Source: Candidatus Woesearchaeota archaeon
GTDB taxonomy: Archaea > Nanobdellota > Nanobdellia > Pacearchaeales > GW2011-AR1
Length of the DNA: 64,000 nucleotides
Direction: 5' to 3'
Assembly: GCA_964592915.1 (NCBI GenBank)
Contig: CAZQGH010000002.1
Location: forward strand, 6,435-70,434
The notes beneath the pieces were generated by a model. That model did not search any database. It worked only from the letters and a program-made list of their open reading frames with translations, and had not been told where the DNA came from. A program made the translations under genes and the position numbers. Position 1 is the first letter of the stretch. Each line of letters opens with the position of its first letter. Below are positions 11,221 to 20,182 of this stretch, piece by piece.

Positions 11221-11931
11221 TCAGCATTCTCCTCCAAATAACCACTTAAAAAAACATCTGATTGTATTCCAAAAACTTTTATCTTCTTTTTTCGGCTCCT
11301 GAGTCTGGCTTTGATTATTTGCAGAGGTTTGATTTTGCTGGTTCTTTGTTTGGCTTTGATTATTTGCAGAGGTTTGATTCTGGCTTGCTTGTTGGTTTTG
11401 TTGCTTAAATTCAGATAAGCTTTGTTTTAATCCTATAATATTTGGAGGGGAATTGTTTTTTTCTGATACCTCATCCCCTCTATAAATTTTTTCTTGGTAA
11501 ACAAACATATAAGGTTTAATTTCTCCATTTTTTTCTGTAAATCCTAATATTTTATAAATAATCTCTTCTTTAGTCATCTCACTTGTATTGATAACTTCTC
11601 TTCCAGCTTCTAAATTTTGCAGAATTATAATAACTTCAGAATCATATAGTGGCTTTATTTCTTCCAAGCCAATTTCATCATAATGCTGTTTTGTTGTGTA
11701 GTATATATGCAATCTATTTGTAACATTGCCCGTTTCAATACACTCATTTTGCTCAATTAAACTGGGAACATAAGCTCCATTTCCATCTCCAACAGGATAA
11801 CCAATTAAAACCATCTCAGAATAATTGCCAATATTATTCACTTTTATACATTTTTCTACAATTTTTGTCTGAGCATTTGCTAAAGAGATAAAAGATATGA
11901 TTAATATTATTGCGATTAGTCCTCTTTTCAT
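11221..11931 (-). CDS. secreted protein with C-terminal Q/N/S/T-rich tandem repeats
   Basis: N-terminal signal peptide MKRGLIAIILIISFISLANA. Repeats QNQTSANNQSQT near the C-terminus. Confidence 0.45.
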   Translation of the reverse strand: MKRGLIAIILIISFISLANAQTKIVEKCIKVNNIGNYSEMVLIGYPVGDGNGAYVPSLIEQNECIETGNVTNRLHIYYTTKQHYDEIGLEEIKPLYDSEVIIILQNLEAGREVINTSEMTKEEIIYKILGFTEKNGEIKPYMFVYQEKIYRGDEVSEKNNSPPNIIGLKQSLSEFKQQNQQASQNQTSANNQSQTKNQQNQTSANNQSQTQEPKKEDKSFWNTIRCFFKWLFGGEC

Positions 11932-11955
11932 AAATATACTAATGATTGAGTATTT

Positions 11956-12465
11956 TTAAGATTTTGGTTTTAATAAATCAGATAAATTTTCAGGTTTTAT
12001 AGTCATTTTATCTGGGGAATAATATCCGCTTCTAAATTCAAATCCTAAAGATTCATAAAATCTTTTTGCATGTTCATAATGCTGGGAATTTCTTGATGGC
12101 AGATGCAAATAAATTCCCCAACTTCTTATTCTAGCATGTTTTGCTAACTGAGAAATTAAATTTCTTCCAATACCTAAACCTCTTAAATGTTTTTGAACAA
12201 ATAAATCTGAGATATAAAACTTTGGAGATTGCTCTTCATAAAGAAGACATGCCTGAGGGTTATCAGCCAGAACTGCAACAAAACCTGTTCTGTTTTTTAT
12301 ATGCTGCTCTAGTTTTGATTTTTGGAATCTTAATTTTTTTACTCTTGATTTTTCATCTGTAATTCTGAAAATGTCATCATATAGTTGCAATTGAAATCCC
12401 AGTAATCTTCCTAACTGATTTAAATCTTCTTGTTTTAATCTTCTTGTACTATATCTAATTTTCAT
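11956..12465 (-). CDS. GNAT family N-acetyltransferase
   Basis: RGLGIGRNL acetyl-CoA-binding motif. 169 aa. Confidence 0.55.
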   Translation of the reverse strand: MKIRYSTRRLKQEDLNQLGRLLGFQLQLYDDIFRITDEKSRVKKLRFQKSKLEQHIKNRTGFVAVLADNPQACLLYEEQSPKFYISDLFVQKHLRGLGIGRNLISQLAKHARIRSWGIYLHLPSRNSQHYEHAKRFYESLGFEFRSGYYSPDKMTIKPENLSDLLKPKS

Positions 12466-12468
12466 TGA

Positions 12469-13494
12469 TTATCTATAAATTCTTTTAGGAACATAAACCA
12501 AAACTGTTGCCTCTGCATGAACTTTTAAATTTTGTTCCGGAATTCCGTGCTGCAGAGTTTTTTTTACTCTTCTTGCTAATCCATGGAATCCTTTTTGATA
12601 ATTTTTTAATCTTCTTGAAATACGAGAGATAAACTTTTCTGAATATAAAAGAGGTTCTGCTCCATCTGAATGTAATATAAAAAAGTCATTATTTTCTAAT
12701 TCAAATTCAAATCCCTGCTCATGCTGTTCAACCTGAGGTTCTCCGGTATATGCTCCAAAAGTCATATTTTCGCCAGTTTTAAAACTTAGATTTACCTCAT
12801 TATTTCGGAAATGTTTTCTCCAGTATTTTCTATGTTCTGCGTTAAACCAGTCAAAATCAGGAATATGCTCCTCTCCTAATGGCAAATTACCAGGAGTTTT
12901 TGCAATCATCAGGTTATATTTGTCATACCATTTGTCAATAGTTTCCAATCCTGGAATTTCTAAATTATTGCCTATTCTAAAAATTGCAATTCCTGTATCT
13001 CCAGCATTACTGAACACAGCTTGTCTTTCATTTTTTATCAAACAAGTCGAAGCAACACACCCGGGTAAGTCTTCTTCTAGATATGCTGATTCTCTTAATT
13101 CATATTCTTCTCCAGGGTATTTGCAATCAGGTTCAATGTCAAACAATTCCTGTCCAATTACTCTGATTTTAGAATTAGCTTGTTTTCTTGCTTGTTCTGA
13201 TTTTTCTTTTAAACCTCCTTCAGTTTTTAATGCTTTGCCTGCAAATTCATTAGCGAATGTTCTTGCTGCTAATCTTGCTGCCTGAGTTTTATCTCTGTTT
13301 AAAAAATACAATATTGCAAATTGAGTTTTTCCAATAATTGAATCCGTATCAGGCAGGTTTTTTACTGGATCTCTTGTGATACCATCTGCAACTACTAAAG
13401 ATTCTAAATTCCCTTGTTTCTCATATGCATAATAATCTTCTTTTGGGAGTCCAATTCTATGTAAGAAACTCCTTGCAGTATATCCAAATTCCAT
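12469..13494 (-). CDS. hypothetical protein, possibly PPM/PP2C-like phosphatase
   Basis: Weak PPM-like motifs: VVADGITRD near the N-terminus, FILHSDGAEPL, and ATVLVYV at the C-terminus. Assignment is tentative. Confidence 0.3.
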   Translation of the reverse strand: MEFGYTARSFLHRIGLPKEDYYAYEKQGNLESLVVADGITRDPVKNLPDTDSIIGKTQFAILYFLNRDKTQAARLAARTFANEFAGKALKTEGGLKEKSEQARKQANSKIRVIGQELFDIEPDCKYPGEEYELRESAYLEEDLPGCVASTCLIKNERQAVFSNAGDTGIAIFRIGNNLEIPGLETIDKWYDKYNLMIAKTPGNLPLGEEHIPDFDWFNAEHRKYWRKHFRNNEVNLSFKTGENMTFGAYTGEPQVEQHEQGFEFELENNDFFILHSDGAEPLLYSEKFISRISRRLKNYQKGFHGLARRVKKTLQHGIPEQNLKVHAEATVLVYVPKRIYR

Positions 13495-13637
13495 TTTTAT
13501 TATCTGAGTTTAATACTGTGAATTTATAAGTTTATTTGCTATTCATTATACAGAACAAAAACAAATAATAATCAGGTCATCTAACTGTAAAGAATTGTTT
13601 TTTTTGTTTTATCTAAAGAAAGATTTAAAAGACATTT

Positions 13638-14306
13638 TTGACTATTTATAAAATGGCAAAAACAAGACAAAATCAAGATATAAAAAATTTTAAATGGGCT
13701 GCAAAAAAAGTGTGGGATTTTTTATGGAATGAAGACAGTTTATGGAGCTGGTTAGTTTCATTAGCTTTGGCATTTATTATTGTAAAGTTTATATTTTTTC
13801 CTGCATTATCTTTAATGTTGGGAACTTCCTTACCTCTTGTAGTTATTGAAAGCTCCAGTATGCATCATCAAGGAAGTTTATTTAAAACAATTACTGGTTT
13901 TGGTTTATTTGAACAGGATTCTATAGAAAGCTGGTATGAAGATAATTACAGATGGTATCAAGATAGGGGATTAACATTAGATGATGTTAAAAAATGGAGA
14001 TTTGAATCAGGAATGGATAAAGGGGATATAATTGTTGTTTATGGGAAAAATATTGATGAATTAGAATTGGGGGATGTTGTCATATTCGAAGCAGGGCAAA
14101 GGCGTCCTGTAATTCACAGAGTTGTGGATATTTATGAAGAAGGAAATGAAACATTTATTTCTACAAAAGGGGACAATAATGATGGGCAATTAAGTTTTGA
14201 AATAACTATTTCTTCTGATCAGTTAATTGGAACTGCTTTAATTAGAATACCAAAAATTGGCTGGGTAAAGTTAGTTTTTGTTGAACTAATACAAAAGGTG
14301 TTTTAA
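13638..14306 (+). CDS. signal peptidase I, archaeal/Sec11-type (S26B)
   Basis: N-terminal TM. VVIESSSMHH (Ser box), GDIIVV, RRPVIHRVV and TKGDNND box. Confidence 0.6.
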   Translation: MTIYKMAKTRQNQDIKNFKWAAKKVWDFLWNEDSLWSWLVSLALAFIIVKFIFFPALSLMLGTSLPLVVIESSSMHHQGSLFKTITGFGLFEQDSIESWYEDNYRWYQDRGLTLDDVKKWRFESGMDKGDIIVVYGKNIDELELGDVVIFEAGQRRPVIHRVVDIYEEGNETFISTKGDNNDGQLSFEITISSDQLIGTALIRIPKIGWVKLVFVELIQKVF

Positions 14307-14307
14307 A

Positions 14308-14757
14308 GTGGATTATTCAGAAAAGTTTGAATACCATCCTAAATTATTACTGGCTGAAGATAAGTGTGATTTAAGGGAGGAATATAGAGCGAGTTTAGAG
14401 CAGATAGGATTTGAGGTTGATACAGCCGGAAATGGTGAAGAATTAGAGCAAAAAGCTTCTGATGAAAACAAATATCATGTTATATTGTCAGATACTGATT
14501 TATCTGGAGAAAAAACAAGATATGGAGATGAAATCATCAGAAAATTATTAGGACAAGGAGAATTAGAAAATGTGTTAATTTTAGGTATGTCAGATAATTC
14601 AGATAATGCAAAGTATTGGAGAGGAATATGTCACCATGCGGGATTTTTTAATAAAAATAACATTCAAGATTTAGGGGAGCAAGTTATGTCACATTATTAT
14701 AATTTTGTTTTTGGAAACGATTTTTGGAGAATGAGAAGTATGAAATATGATTTATAA
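14308..14757 (+). CDS. CheY-like receiver-domain protein (putative)
   Basis: LLLAEDKCDLRE...HVILSDTDL resembles a receiver domain. No output domain. Confidence 0.35.
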   Translation: MDYSEKFEYHPKLLLAEDKCDLREEYRASLEQIGFEVDTAGNGEELEQKASDENKYHVILSDTDLSGEKTRYGDEIIRKLLGQGELENVLILGMSDNSDNAKYWRGICHHAGFFNKNNIQDLGEQVMSHYYNFVFGNDFWRMRSMKYDL

Positions 14758-14758
14758 T

Positions 14759-14815
14759 ATCAGGAATGCATTGCAAAACTAACTCTCTTAAGAGTTGGAT
14801 GGGCATTCCTGAGTA
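14759..14815 (+). repeat. conserved noncoding motif A (candidate small RNA or protein-binding hairpin)
   Basis: ATCAGGAATGCATTGCAAAACTAACTCTCTTAAGAG...GGGCATTCCTGAG. Terminal 10-bp inverted repeat TCAGGAATGC/GCATTCCTGA. About 31 of the first 37 nt match the copy at 58441. Confidence 0.45.
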
Positions 14816-14859
14816 TCCTAAAAACCCAACCAACCTTTTAAGCTTCAAAGTTTTATAAA

Positions 14860-14898
14860 CTTTGATAGTGCTCAGAAATCCATAAAAGATTTCTGACA
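14860..14898 (+). repeat. hairpin-forming miniature repeat, copy 1 (intergenic)
   Basis: TTTGATAGTGCTCAGAAATC-cataaaa-GATTTCTGACAT. 9-bp inverted repeat CAGAAATC/GATTTCTG. Confidence 0.6.
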
Positions 14899-14982
14899 TG
14901 TGGTAACATACAGGGTTTTTTTGATTCTATAGTTAAACAAAAAAAGGATAAGATTTAAAAACCCTGAGATTTACAACAAATA

Positions 14983-15291
14983 ATGGAATTTTGTCCAAAG
15001 TGCGGTTCAGTGCTTATTGAAAAAGATAAGAAGTTCAGATGTGCTAAATGCAATTATGTGGCAAAAGGTAAAGTGAATATATCAGCAAAAGAGAAAGTTA
15101 ATGAAATGCATGAAATTGGAGTTATTAAGGAGAGAGATACAGATGTTTTTCCTGTAATTTCAGCAACATGTCCAAAATGTGGACATGAAGAAGCTCAGTT
15201 CTGGTCTGCTCAGACTAGAGCAGGAGATGAAGCAGAAACAAGGTTTTTCAGATGCGTTAAGTGCAAGCATACCTGGAGAGAATATAAATAA
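14983..15291 (+). CDS. tfs: transcription factor S / RNA polymerase subunit M (TFIIS-type zinc ribbon)
   Basis: N-terminal CPKCG...CAKC and C-terminal CPKCGH...QTRAGDEAETRFFRCVKCKHTWRE. Confidence 0.75.
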   Translation: MEFCPKCGSVLIEKDKKFRCAKCNYVAKGKVNISAKEKVNEMHEIGVIKERDTDVFPVISATCPKCGHEEAQFWSAQTRAGDEAETRFFRCVKCKHTWREYK

Positions 15292-15347
15292 TTGCATTCT
15301 GTTTTCGAAGTTGTAATTGGGATTCTAATCCTGATGAGATTTGTTTT

Positions 15348-16049
15348 GTGTTTAGTAATTTTTATAAATATGTAAGTATGAGAGTAAATATGAACACACA
15401 AATTTATCAGATAAAAGGAATTATATTTGATTTTGATATGACTTTAGTTGATTCTAAAAAGGTTGGAGATGAAGCTCTTGAATACATGGAAGAATATGGT
15501 ATCTCAAGAAAAGATTTTACTGATAAAGAAATTTGGGGAATGACTCATTTAGAGTTTTGTAAAAAATTATCTGAAGTTAATAATCATAAATTATCATGGC
15601 AGGAGATTAGTAAATTAAATCAGAACTTCCTGATTAAAAATTTTTTAAAATTGAAATTAAATTGCCTTGAATTGCTTGAAGAATTAAACAAAAAGAAAAT
15701 TAAAATTGGTATTGTATCAAATAATAAAAGAGAGTTTATTAAAACTACTCTATCGAATAAGTATAACAAGAATATAAATTTTGAATTTATCCTAACTTGT
15801 GAGGATTTAGAAGATAATTCAACAAAAACAGATTTATTATTGAAAGGACTGGAAATTTTATCTTTAAAAAGAAATGAAGTCATGTATGTAGGAGATCATG
15901 TCAACGATATATTAGCTGCAAAAAAAGCAGGAGTAATCTCTGTTGGAATCTCAACAGGAGTTCATTCTTTTGATGAATTAAAACAAAAGAATCCGGATAT
16001 TTTAATTAGAAATCTAAATGAATTAAATAATCACCTAAATAATTCTTAA
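15348..16049 (+). CDS. HAD-superfamily hydrolase (beta-phosphoglucomutase-like)
   Basis: Motif I FDFDMTLVDS, motif III K, motif IV GDHVNDILAAKKAG. The true start may be an internal Met (MRVNM/MNTQ). Confidence 0.65.
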   Translation: MFSNFYKYVSMRVNMNTQIYQIKGIIFDFDMTLVDSKKVGDEALEYMEEYGISRKDFTDKEIWGMTHLEFCKKLSEVNNHKLSWQEISKLNQNFLIKNFLKLKLNCLELLEELNKKKIKIGIVSNNKREFIKTTLSNKYNKNINFEFILTCEDLEDNSTKTDLLLKGLEILSLKRNEVMYVGDHVNDILAAKKAGVISVGISTGVHSFDELKQKNPDILIRNLNELNNHLNNS

Positions 16050-16101
16050 TATTTAATAACAAATATTTTTAAATTGTTTTTTCTTAAATAAATTACAATG
16101 A

Positions 16102-16176
16102 GGATCTGTAGCTCAGTTTGGTTAGAGCACTGCCCTCTTAAGGCAGGTGTCGCAGGTTCAAATCCTGCCAGGTCCA
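16102..16176 (+). tRNA. tRNA-Lys (anticodon CTT)
   Basis: Cloverleaf: acceptor GGATCTG/CAGGTCC, D arm GCTC..GAGC, anticodon stem CTGCC/GGCAG with loop CTCTTAA, T arm GCAGG-TTCAAAT-CCTGC. Discriminator A, no encoded CCA. Confidence 0.8.
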
Positions 16177-16269
16177 TTTAATATGGAAATAGTGTTGATT
16201 GGTTGTGGTAAAAAGTAAAAGAAGCATAAGGCAAAAGCAAGGGAGTTGTATGAGAGTTCTTTATTTAGG

Positions 16270-16590
16270 ATGAATTTAAAATATGCAGAACAAATCGGAG
16301 ATGAGATATTTATTTTGTCTGCTAAACATCATTTATTGGATTTAGATAGGGAAATTGAGCCTTATGATTTAACACTGAACAAAATGAGCAAGAATAAAAG
16401 ACAAAAGTGGGCAGAAAAAGTTTTAAATAATTTGAAACTAAAAACAGATTTAAATAATGATGAGTTTATTTTTTTAGCCGGGAAAAAATACAGAGAATTT
16501 TTATCACCCTATATAAATAATTACAAAATTCCTATGAGGGGATTGGGAATTGGCAAGCAATTAAAATTTTTAAAACAAAATGTCAGTTGA
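16270..16590 (+). CDS. hypothetical protein (conserved ILSAKHHLLDLD...EPYDLTL...KRQKWAEKV motif)
   Basis: The ORF track starts at a TTG (16246); the ATG at 16270 (MNLKYAEQ) is more likely. Lies directly downstream of tRNA-Lys. Confidence 0.4.
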   Translation: MNLKYAEQIGDEIFILSAKHHLLDLDREIEPYDLTLNKMSKNKRQKWAEKVLNNLKLKTDLNNDEFIFLAGKKYREFLSPYINNYKIPMRGLGIGKQLKFLKQNVS

Positions 16591-16966
16591 ATGTGATAAA
16601 TTACATAAGTTATTTAATAGTTTGAAAAGATTTAGTTTCCAAAGTTTTGGGAGAGATATTTTAAAAATTCCTAAAAACGGAATTTATGTTTTATTTGAAA
16701 AGCAGGTTTCAAAGCTAATCCAGAATAATTTTTCTTTTGCTGTTTTGCCTGTTAAAGATAAAAAAACCAGACTGGAAATTGAATCTAAAGTTATATCAAC
16801 TGTTTCTTTATGTGATGAATGCAAGCCGAGTCCAAAATGGTTTGGATTGTTTTCTCCAAAAAATAAAATTAGGGAATCAGGATTATGGTTGATAAATGAG
16901 CTGTATAAAACTCCGATTGATAAAAAAACTTTTAAAAAATTGGAGAAAATAATAAAATTTAATTAA
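16580..16966 (+). CDS. hypothetical protein (GIYVLFEK motif)
   Basis: Overlaps the upstream gene by 11 nt. 128 aa. No confident domain. Confidence 0.35.
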   Translation: MSVECDKLHKLFNSLKRFSFQSFGRDILKIPKNGIYVLFEKQVSKLIQNNFSFAVLPVKDKKTRLEIESKVISTVSLCDECKPSPKWFGLFSPKNKIRESGLWLINELYKTPIDKKTFKKLEKIIKFN

Positions 16967-17025
16967 ATTTTGCTGAATTTTCAGAAAAATATATAAAGTT
17001 TGCCCTATTTAATTCAATACTTCTT

Positions 17026-17676
17026 TTGGAAAAGAGGATTTTAGAACTAAGATTAAGAAGCTTTAGAATTAAGACTGAGGATTATAGAGAGATGAAAAGA
17101 AAGATTAAAAAAAGAATATTTGAAGTATTAAAACAAATAAGAGAAGATATAAAATGCGAGAATTGTCCGTTTGGAGTTTTGGTTGTTTTCTCAGATTTAG
17201 CAAATGTTTTTGGCAGAGGAGCAATCCCCATTGGAGTTAAACCGACAGAATTTGAAGACACTTTTAATGTTGCAGGAAATATATTTGATGAAAATGCTTT
17301 CAAGATTATAAGAAAAGTAGGAGATGACGGAGCTGTATTAGTAGATGACGGGGGCAATATTTTAGCTCCAGCAGTTTACTTAAATGTTAATTTGTTTTCT
17401 GTTGATAAAGAGGAAATAGATGCTGAGTTTTGTGCAAGGCATATAGCTGCATTAGCAACATCATCAGCTACAAAAGCCAATGTTTATACATTAAGCGAGG
17501 AAACCGCCAAAGTTAGAGAATTTATTAGGGGAAAATTAAGAAAACAGCATCCTGAACCAGATTCTGAAAAATTATTAGAAAAAGTCCAGGAAGATATTCA
17601 AAAAGAGCAGATTAAAGAAAATCTTAAAAAGAAAATTAAAGAAAAGGCTATTGAAGTCGAGGTTCAGCAGAAATAA
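17026..17676 (+). CDS. diadenylate cyclase, DAC domain (DacZ-like)
   Basis: DDGAVLVDDGGNILAPAVYLNV followed by ARHIAALATSSATKANVYTLSEETAKV, matching the DAC DGA and RHRAA signature. C-terminal K/E-rich coiled coil. Confidence 0.6.
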   Translation: MEKRILELRLRSFRIKTEDYREMKRKIKKRIFEVLKQIREDIKCENCPFGVLVVFSDLANVFGRGAIPIGVKPTEFEDTFNVAGNIFDENAFKIIRKVGDDGAVLVDDGGNILAPAVYLNVNLFSVDKEEIDAEFCARHIAALATSSATKANVYTLSEETAKVREFIRGKLRKQHPEPDSEKLLEKVQEDIQKEQIKENLKKKIKEKAIEVEVQQK

Positions 17677-18348
17677 TTACCTAAAAAAATTTCTTATTGA
17701 AGAATAAAATCGTTTAATCAATCCTTCTTTTGGCAACTTTTCTGTTTCTGAATTAGATTCTACTCTCCCTACAATAAATTCTTTAACTAACTCAGGATTT
17801 TCTCTCACTTCACTTATTGTTGGAAAGTTAAATTCCCTTTCTGATTCATATCCTTTAAAATATCCTTGTTCTTCTAATTCCGAAATTATTGAATCTTTTA
17901 CAACACAAGGCATTATTTCTGCCATAATCACCTCCCTAGTTTTTTCATTTGTGAATCTTGTTGCCCATCTAATACCTAATGTTCCTTCATATGTGCATTT
18001 TGGGACATTATTTCCCGGAGTTCCAGATTCATAATGAATTATAATTTTCCCGGGATTTTCCATCATTAACCGAGTAATGTTTGAGGTGTAATGTCCACAA
18101 TAATGGCAACCATAACTTCCATCAGGATACATGAAATGCATTCCATTATCCATAGCTCTTTGGATTCTTGCTTCTAAAACTTCAGGTAATCCAGCCCAAT
18201 AAAATATTAATTTGCCAGGAACTTCATATACTTCTCCATTATGTTCAATAACATCCTCGGGTTCATCTTCACTTATTACTGGTTTTTGGGTTATAGGTAG
18301 TTCTTTCCCGTCCATGCTTGTCGCAATTACTTCGAGTCTTTTTTTCAT
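17677..18348 (-). CDS. hypothetical protein with Cys/His cluster (GCHYCGHY)
   Basis: 223 aa, convergent with the DAC gene. No confident family. Confidence 0.35.
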   Translation of the reverse strand: MKKRLEVIATSMDGKELPITQKPVISEDEPEDVIEHNGEVYEVPGKLIFYWAGLPEVLEARIQRAMDNGMHFMYPDGSYGCHYCGHYTSNITRLMMENPGKIIIHYESGTPGNNVPKCTYEGTLGIRWATRFTNEKTREVIMAEIMPCVVKDSIISELEEQGYFKGYESEREFNFPTISEVRENPELVKEFIVGRVESNSETEKLPKEGLIKRFYSSIRNFFR

Positions 18349-18398
18349 AACTCTTTTAGAAGAATTATCTTTTTAAAGATTGTTGCATTATTTTATAT

Positions 18399-18983
18399 AT
18401 GAGAAAAATAAATAAGATTAAACCAGAAATTCGGATATTGGGGGTGGATGATTCACCATTTTCATTTGAAGATGAAAATGTAAAGATTATTTGCTCAGTA
18501 TTCAGAGGAGCAAATTATATTGATGGGTTGATAAGCTTTGATATTGAAAAAGATGGAGATGATTTTTCTGAAAAATTAATTGAAAACATAAATAATTCAA
18601 GGCATAAGGAGCAATTGCAACTAATAATGCTTGATGGAATTACCTTCGGAGGATTTAATGTTGCAGATATTCATCTTATAAGTCAGAAAACAGATTTGCC
18701 AGTCATAGTTGCGATAAGGAAAAAACCTGAAATGGAAAAGTTCATTGAGGCTTTGAAAAAAGTTGATGCTTCACAAGTAGAGAAAATTAAAAAAGTCGGA
18801 GAAGTTAAAGAGATAAATCTCGGAAGAAATAAAGTTTATGTTCAGTTAGCCAATATGTCTTTAAAAGAAGCTGAAGAAATTTTACAATTGACATGCATTC
18901 ATTCAAACATACCAGAGCCGATAAGAGTTTCCCATTTAATTTCAACTGGAATATATTTTGGCGAGAATAAACCCGGAGCTTAA
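18399..18983 (+). CDS. DUF99/UPF0215 family protein (EndoV-like fold)
   Basis: N-terminal IRILGVDDSPF, characteristic of archaeal DUF99. Confidence 0.5.
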   Translation: MRKINKIKPEIRILGVDDSPFSFEDENVKIICSVFRGANYIDGLISFDIEKDGDDFSEKLIENINNSRHKEQLQLIMLDGITFGGFNVADIHLISQKTDLPVIVAIRKKPEMEKFIEALKKVDASQVEKIKKVGEVKEINLGRNKVYVQLANMSLKEAEEILQLTCIHSNIPEPIRVSHLISTGIYFGENKPGA

Positions 18984-19249
18984 CTAACTATTCTTTTAAT
19001 CTCATCAATATGGTCTGCAATTTCTCTGCCTTTTTTTGTTAAATTAATCAATTTGATTCTTCCTTTCTTTTCAAAAGTTACTAAATCCATTTTTTCTAAA
19101 TTTTGCAGAATTTTTACTGCATGACTATATGTGCAATCAACTTCTTTAGCTAAAACTGAGCCGTATTTTGATTTTGACATTTTTTTCAAAGCAACCAGCA
19201 TTAAAGCCGGCTTTCTTCTGAAAAATACATCGAAATTATCTTTTGCCAT
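18980..19249 (-). CDS. small winged-helix transcriptional regulator
   Basis: 89 aa. wHTH-like SVLAKEVDCTYSHAVKILQNLEKMDLV. Confidence 0.4.
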   Translation of the reverse strand: MAKDNFDVFFRRKPALMLVALKKMSKSKYGSVLAKEVDCTYSHAVKILQNLEKMDLVTFEKKGRIKLINLTKKGREIADHIDEIKRIVS

Positions 19250-19372
19250 TTTCCCTTAGTCTATAACATATGTTTTTTAAGATATATGTTTTACTATATA
19301 ATATCCCTTTTAAAGCTTTCGTTTCCGAAGGTATTAAAAATTCACTACCGCCTAGAAAATATTTTTCCCAAC

Positions 19373-20110
19373 TTAATGAGTCTCAATTAACGGAACAAAC
19401 ACATATTCTTCCTGAGTTTTGAATTTTTTTAGTTTATCATCTTTGTGATAAATTAACATTGGTCCTGAAGTTTGAGGGCAAATTAAAGTGCCTTGCTGCT
19501 TTAATAATTTTTTAGCTAATTGCTTTATTTTATTTTCCTGCTCTTTGTTATGGATTCCTGCTGTGAAAATTATTTTATCATACTTCTTTTTCCAGCTTCT
19601 GCCTTTTTCAAATATGTTTTCTGCTACAAAATTTAATCTCTGTAATTTTGGATAATCTTCTGGGTGGTGTTGTTTTAAGTAATTTCTTAATTTTGAGACA
19701 TTTTTTTCTGCTTTTTCTTTCAATTTGACAATTCTTTCAACACTCAAAACATTTCCTGGGTAGACTAAATAAGCAATTAAACATGCATTCCATCCAGAAC
19801 CAGCTCCAATTTCCAAAACATCATCTTCTCTTTCTAAATCTGCAAGTAAAAGCATTCTTGCAACAGTTGAAGGCTGACTTATAGTTTGCCCTTGTCCAAT
19901 TCCTAAAGCTGTATCATAATATGCTTTGTTATCTTTTACAAAAAATTTTCTGTCTAATTGCTGAATTGCAAATATAATCTTTTCCAGCAACTTTTCCTGG
20001 TCTGAACTCAGCAGAAATTTTTTGTTAAATTCAAAAACTGATTTAAGCATAGGCTGCATTTTTTTATTTGCTTTTTTGATTATAATTTTTACATCTTTTT
20101 CTAAACTCAT
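19373..20110 (-). CDS. pcm: protein-L-isoaspartate O-methyltransferase
   Basis: TISQPSTVARML and LEIGAGSGWNA (SAM motif I). Carries an N-terminal extension. Confidence 0.7.
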   Translation of the reverse strand: MSLEKDVKIIIKKANKKMQPMLKSVFEFNKKFLLSSDQEKLLEKIIFAIQQLDRKFFVKDNKAYYDTALGIGQGQTISQPSTVARMLLLADLEREDDVLEIGAGSGWNACLIAYLVYPGNVLSVERIVKLKEKAEKNVSKLRNYLKQHHPEDYPKLQRLNFVAENIFEKGRSWKKKYDKIIFTAGIHNKEQENKIKQLAKKLLKQQGTLICPQTSGPMLIYHKDDKLKKFKTQEEYVFVPLIETH

Positions 20111-20182
20111 AAATTAAAAAAGATAAACTTATTAATAAATGTTTCTCGTAAGTTTTAAATACATATATTAGCAATTATTAGT

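Noticed and set aside
16246-16269. TTG-initiated N-terminal extension (MYESSLFR) of the gene after tRNA-Lys
   Set aside because: The track uses a non-ATG start; an ATG (MNLKYAEQ) 24 nt downstream with proper spacing is a more plausible start.
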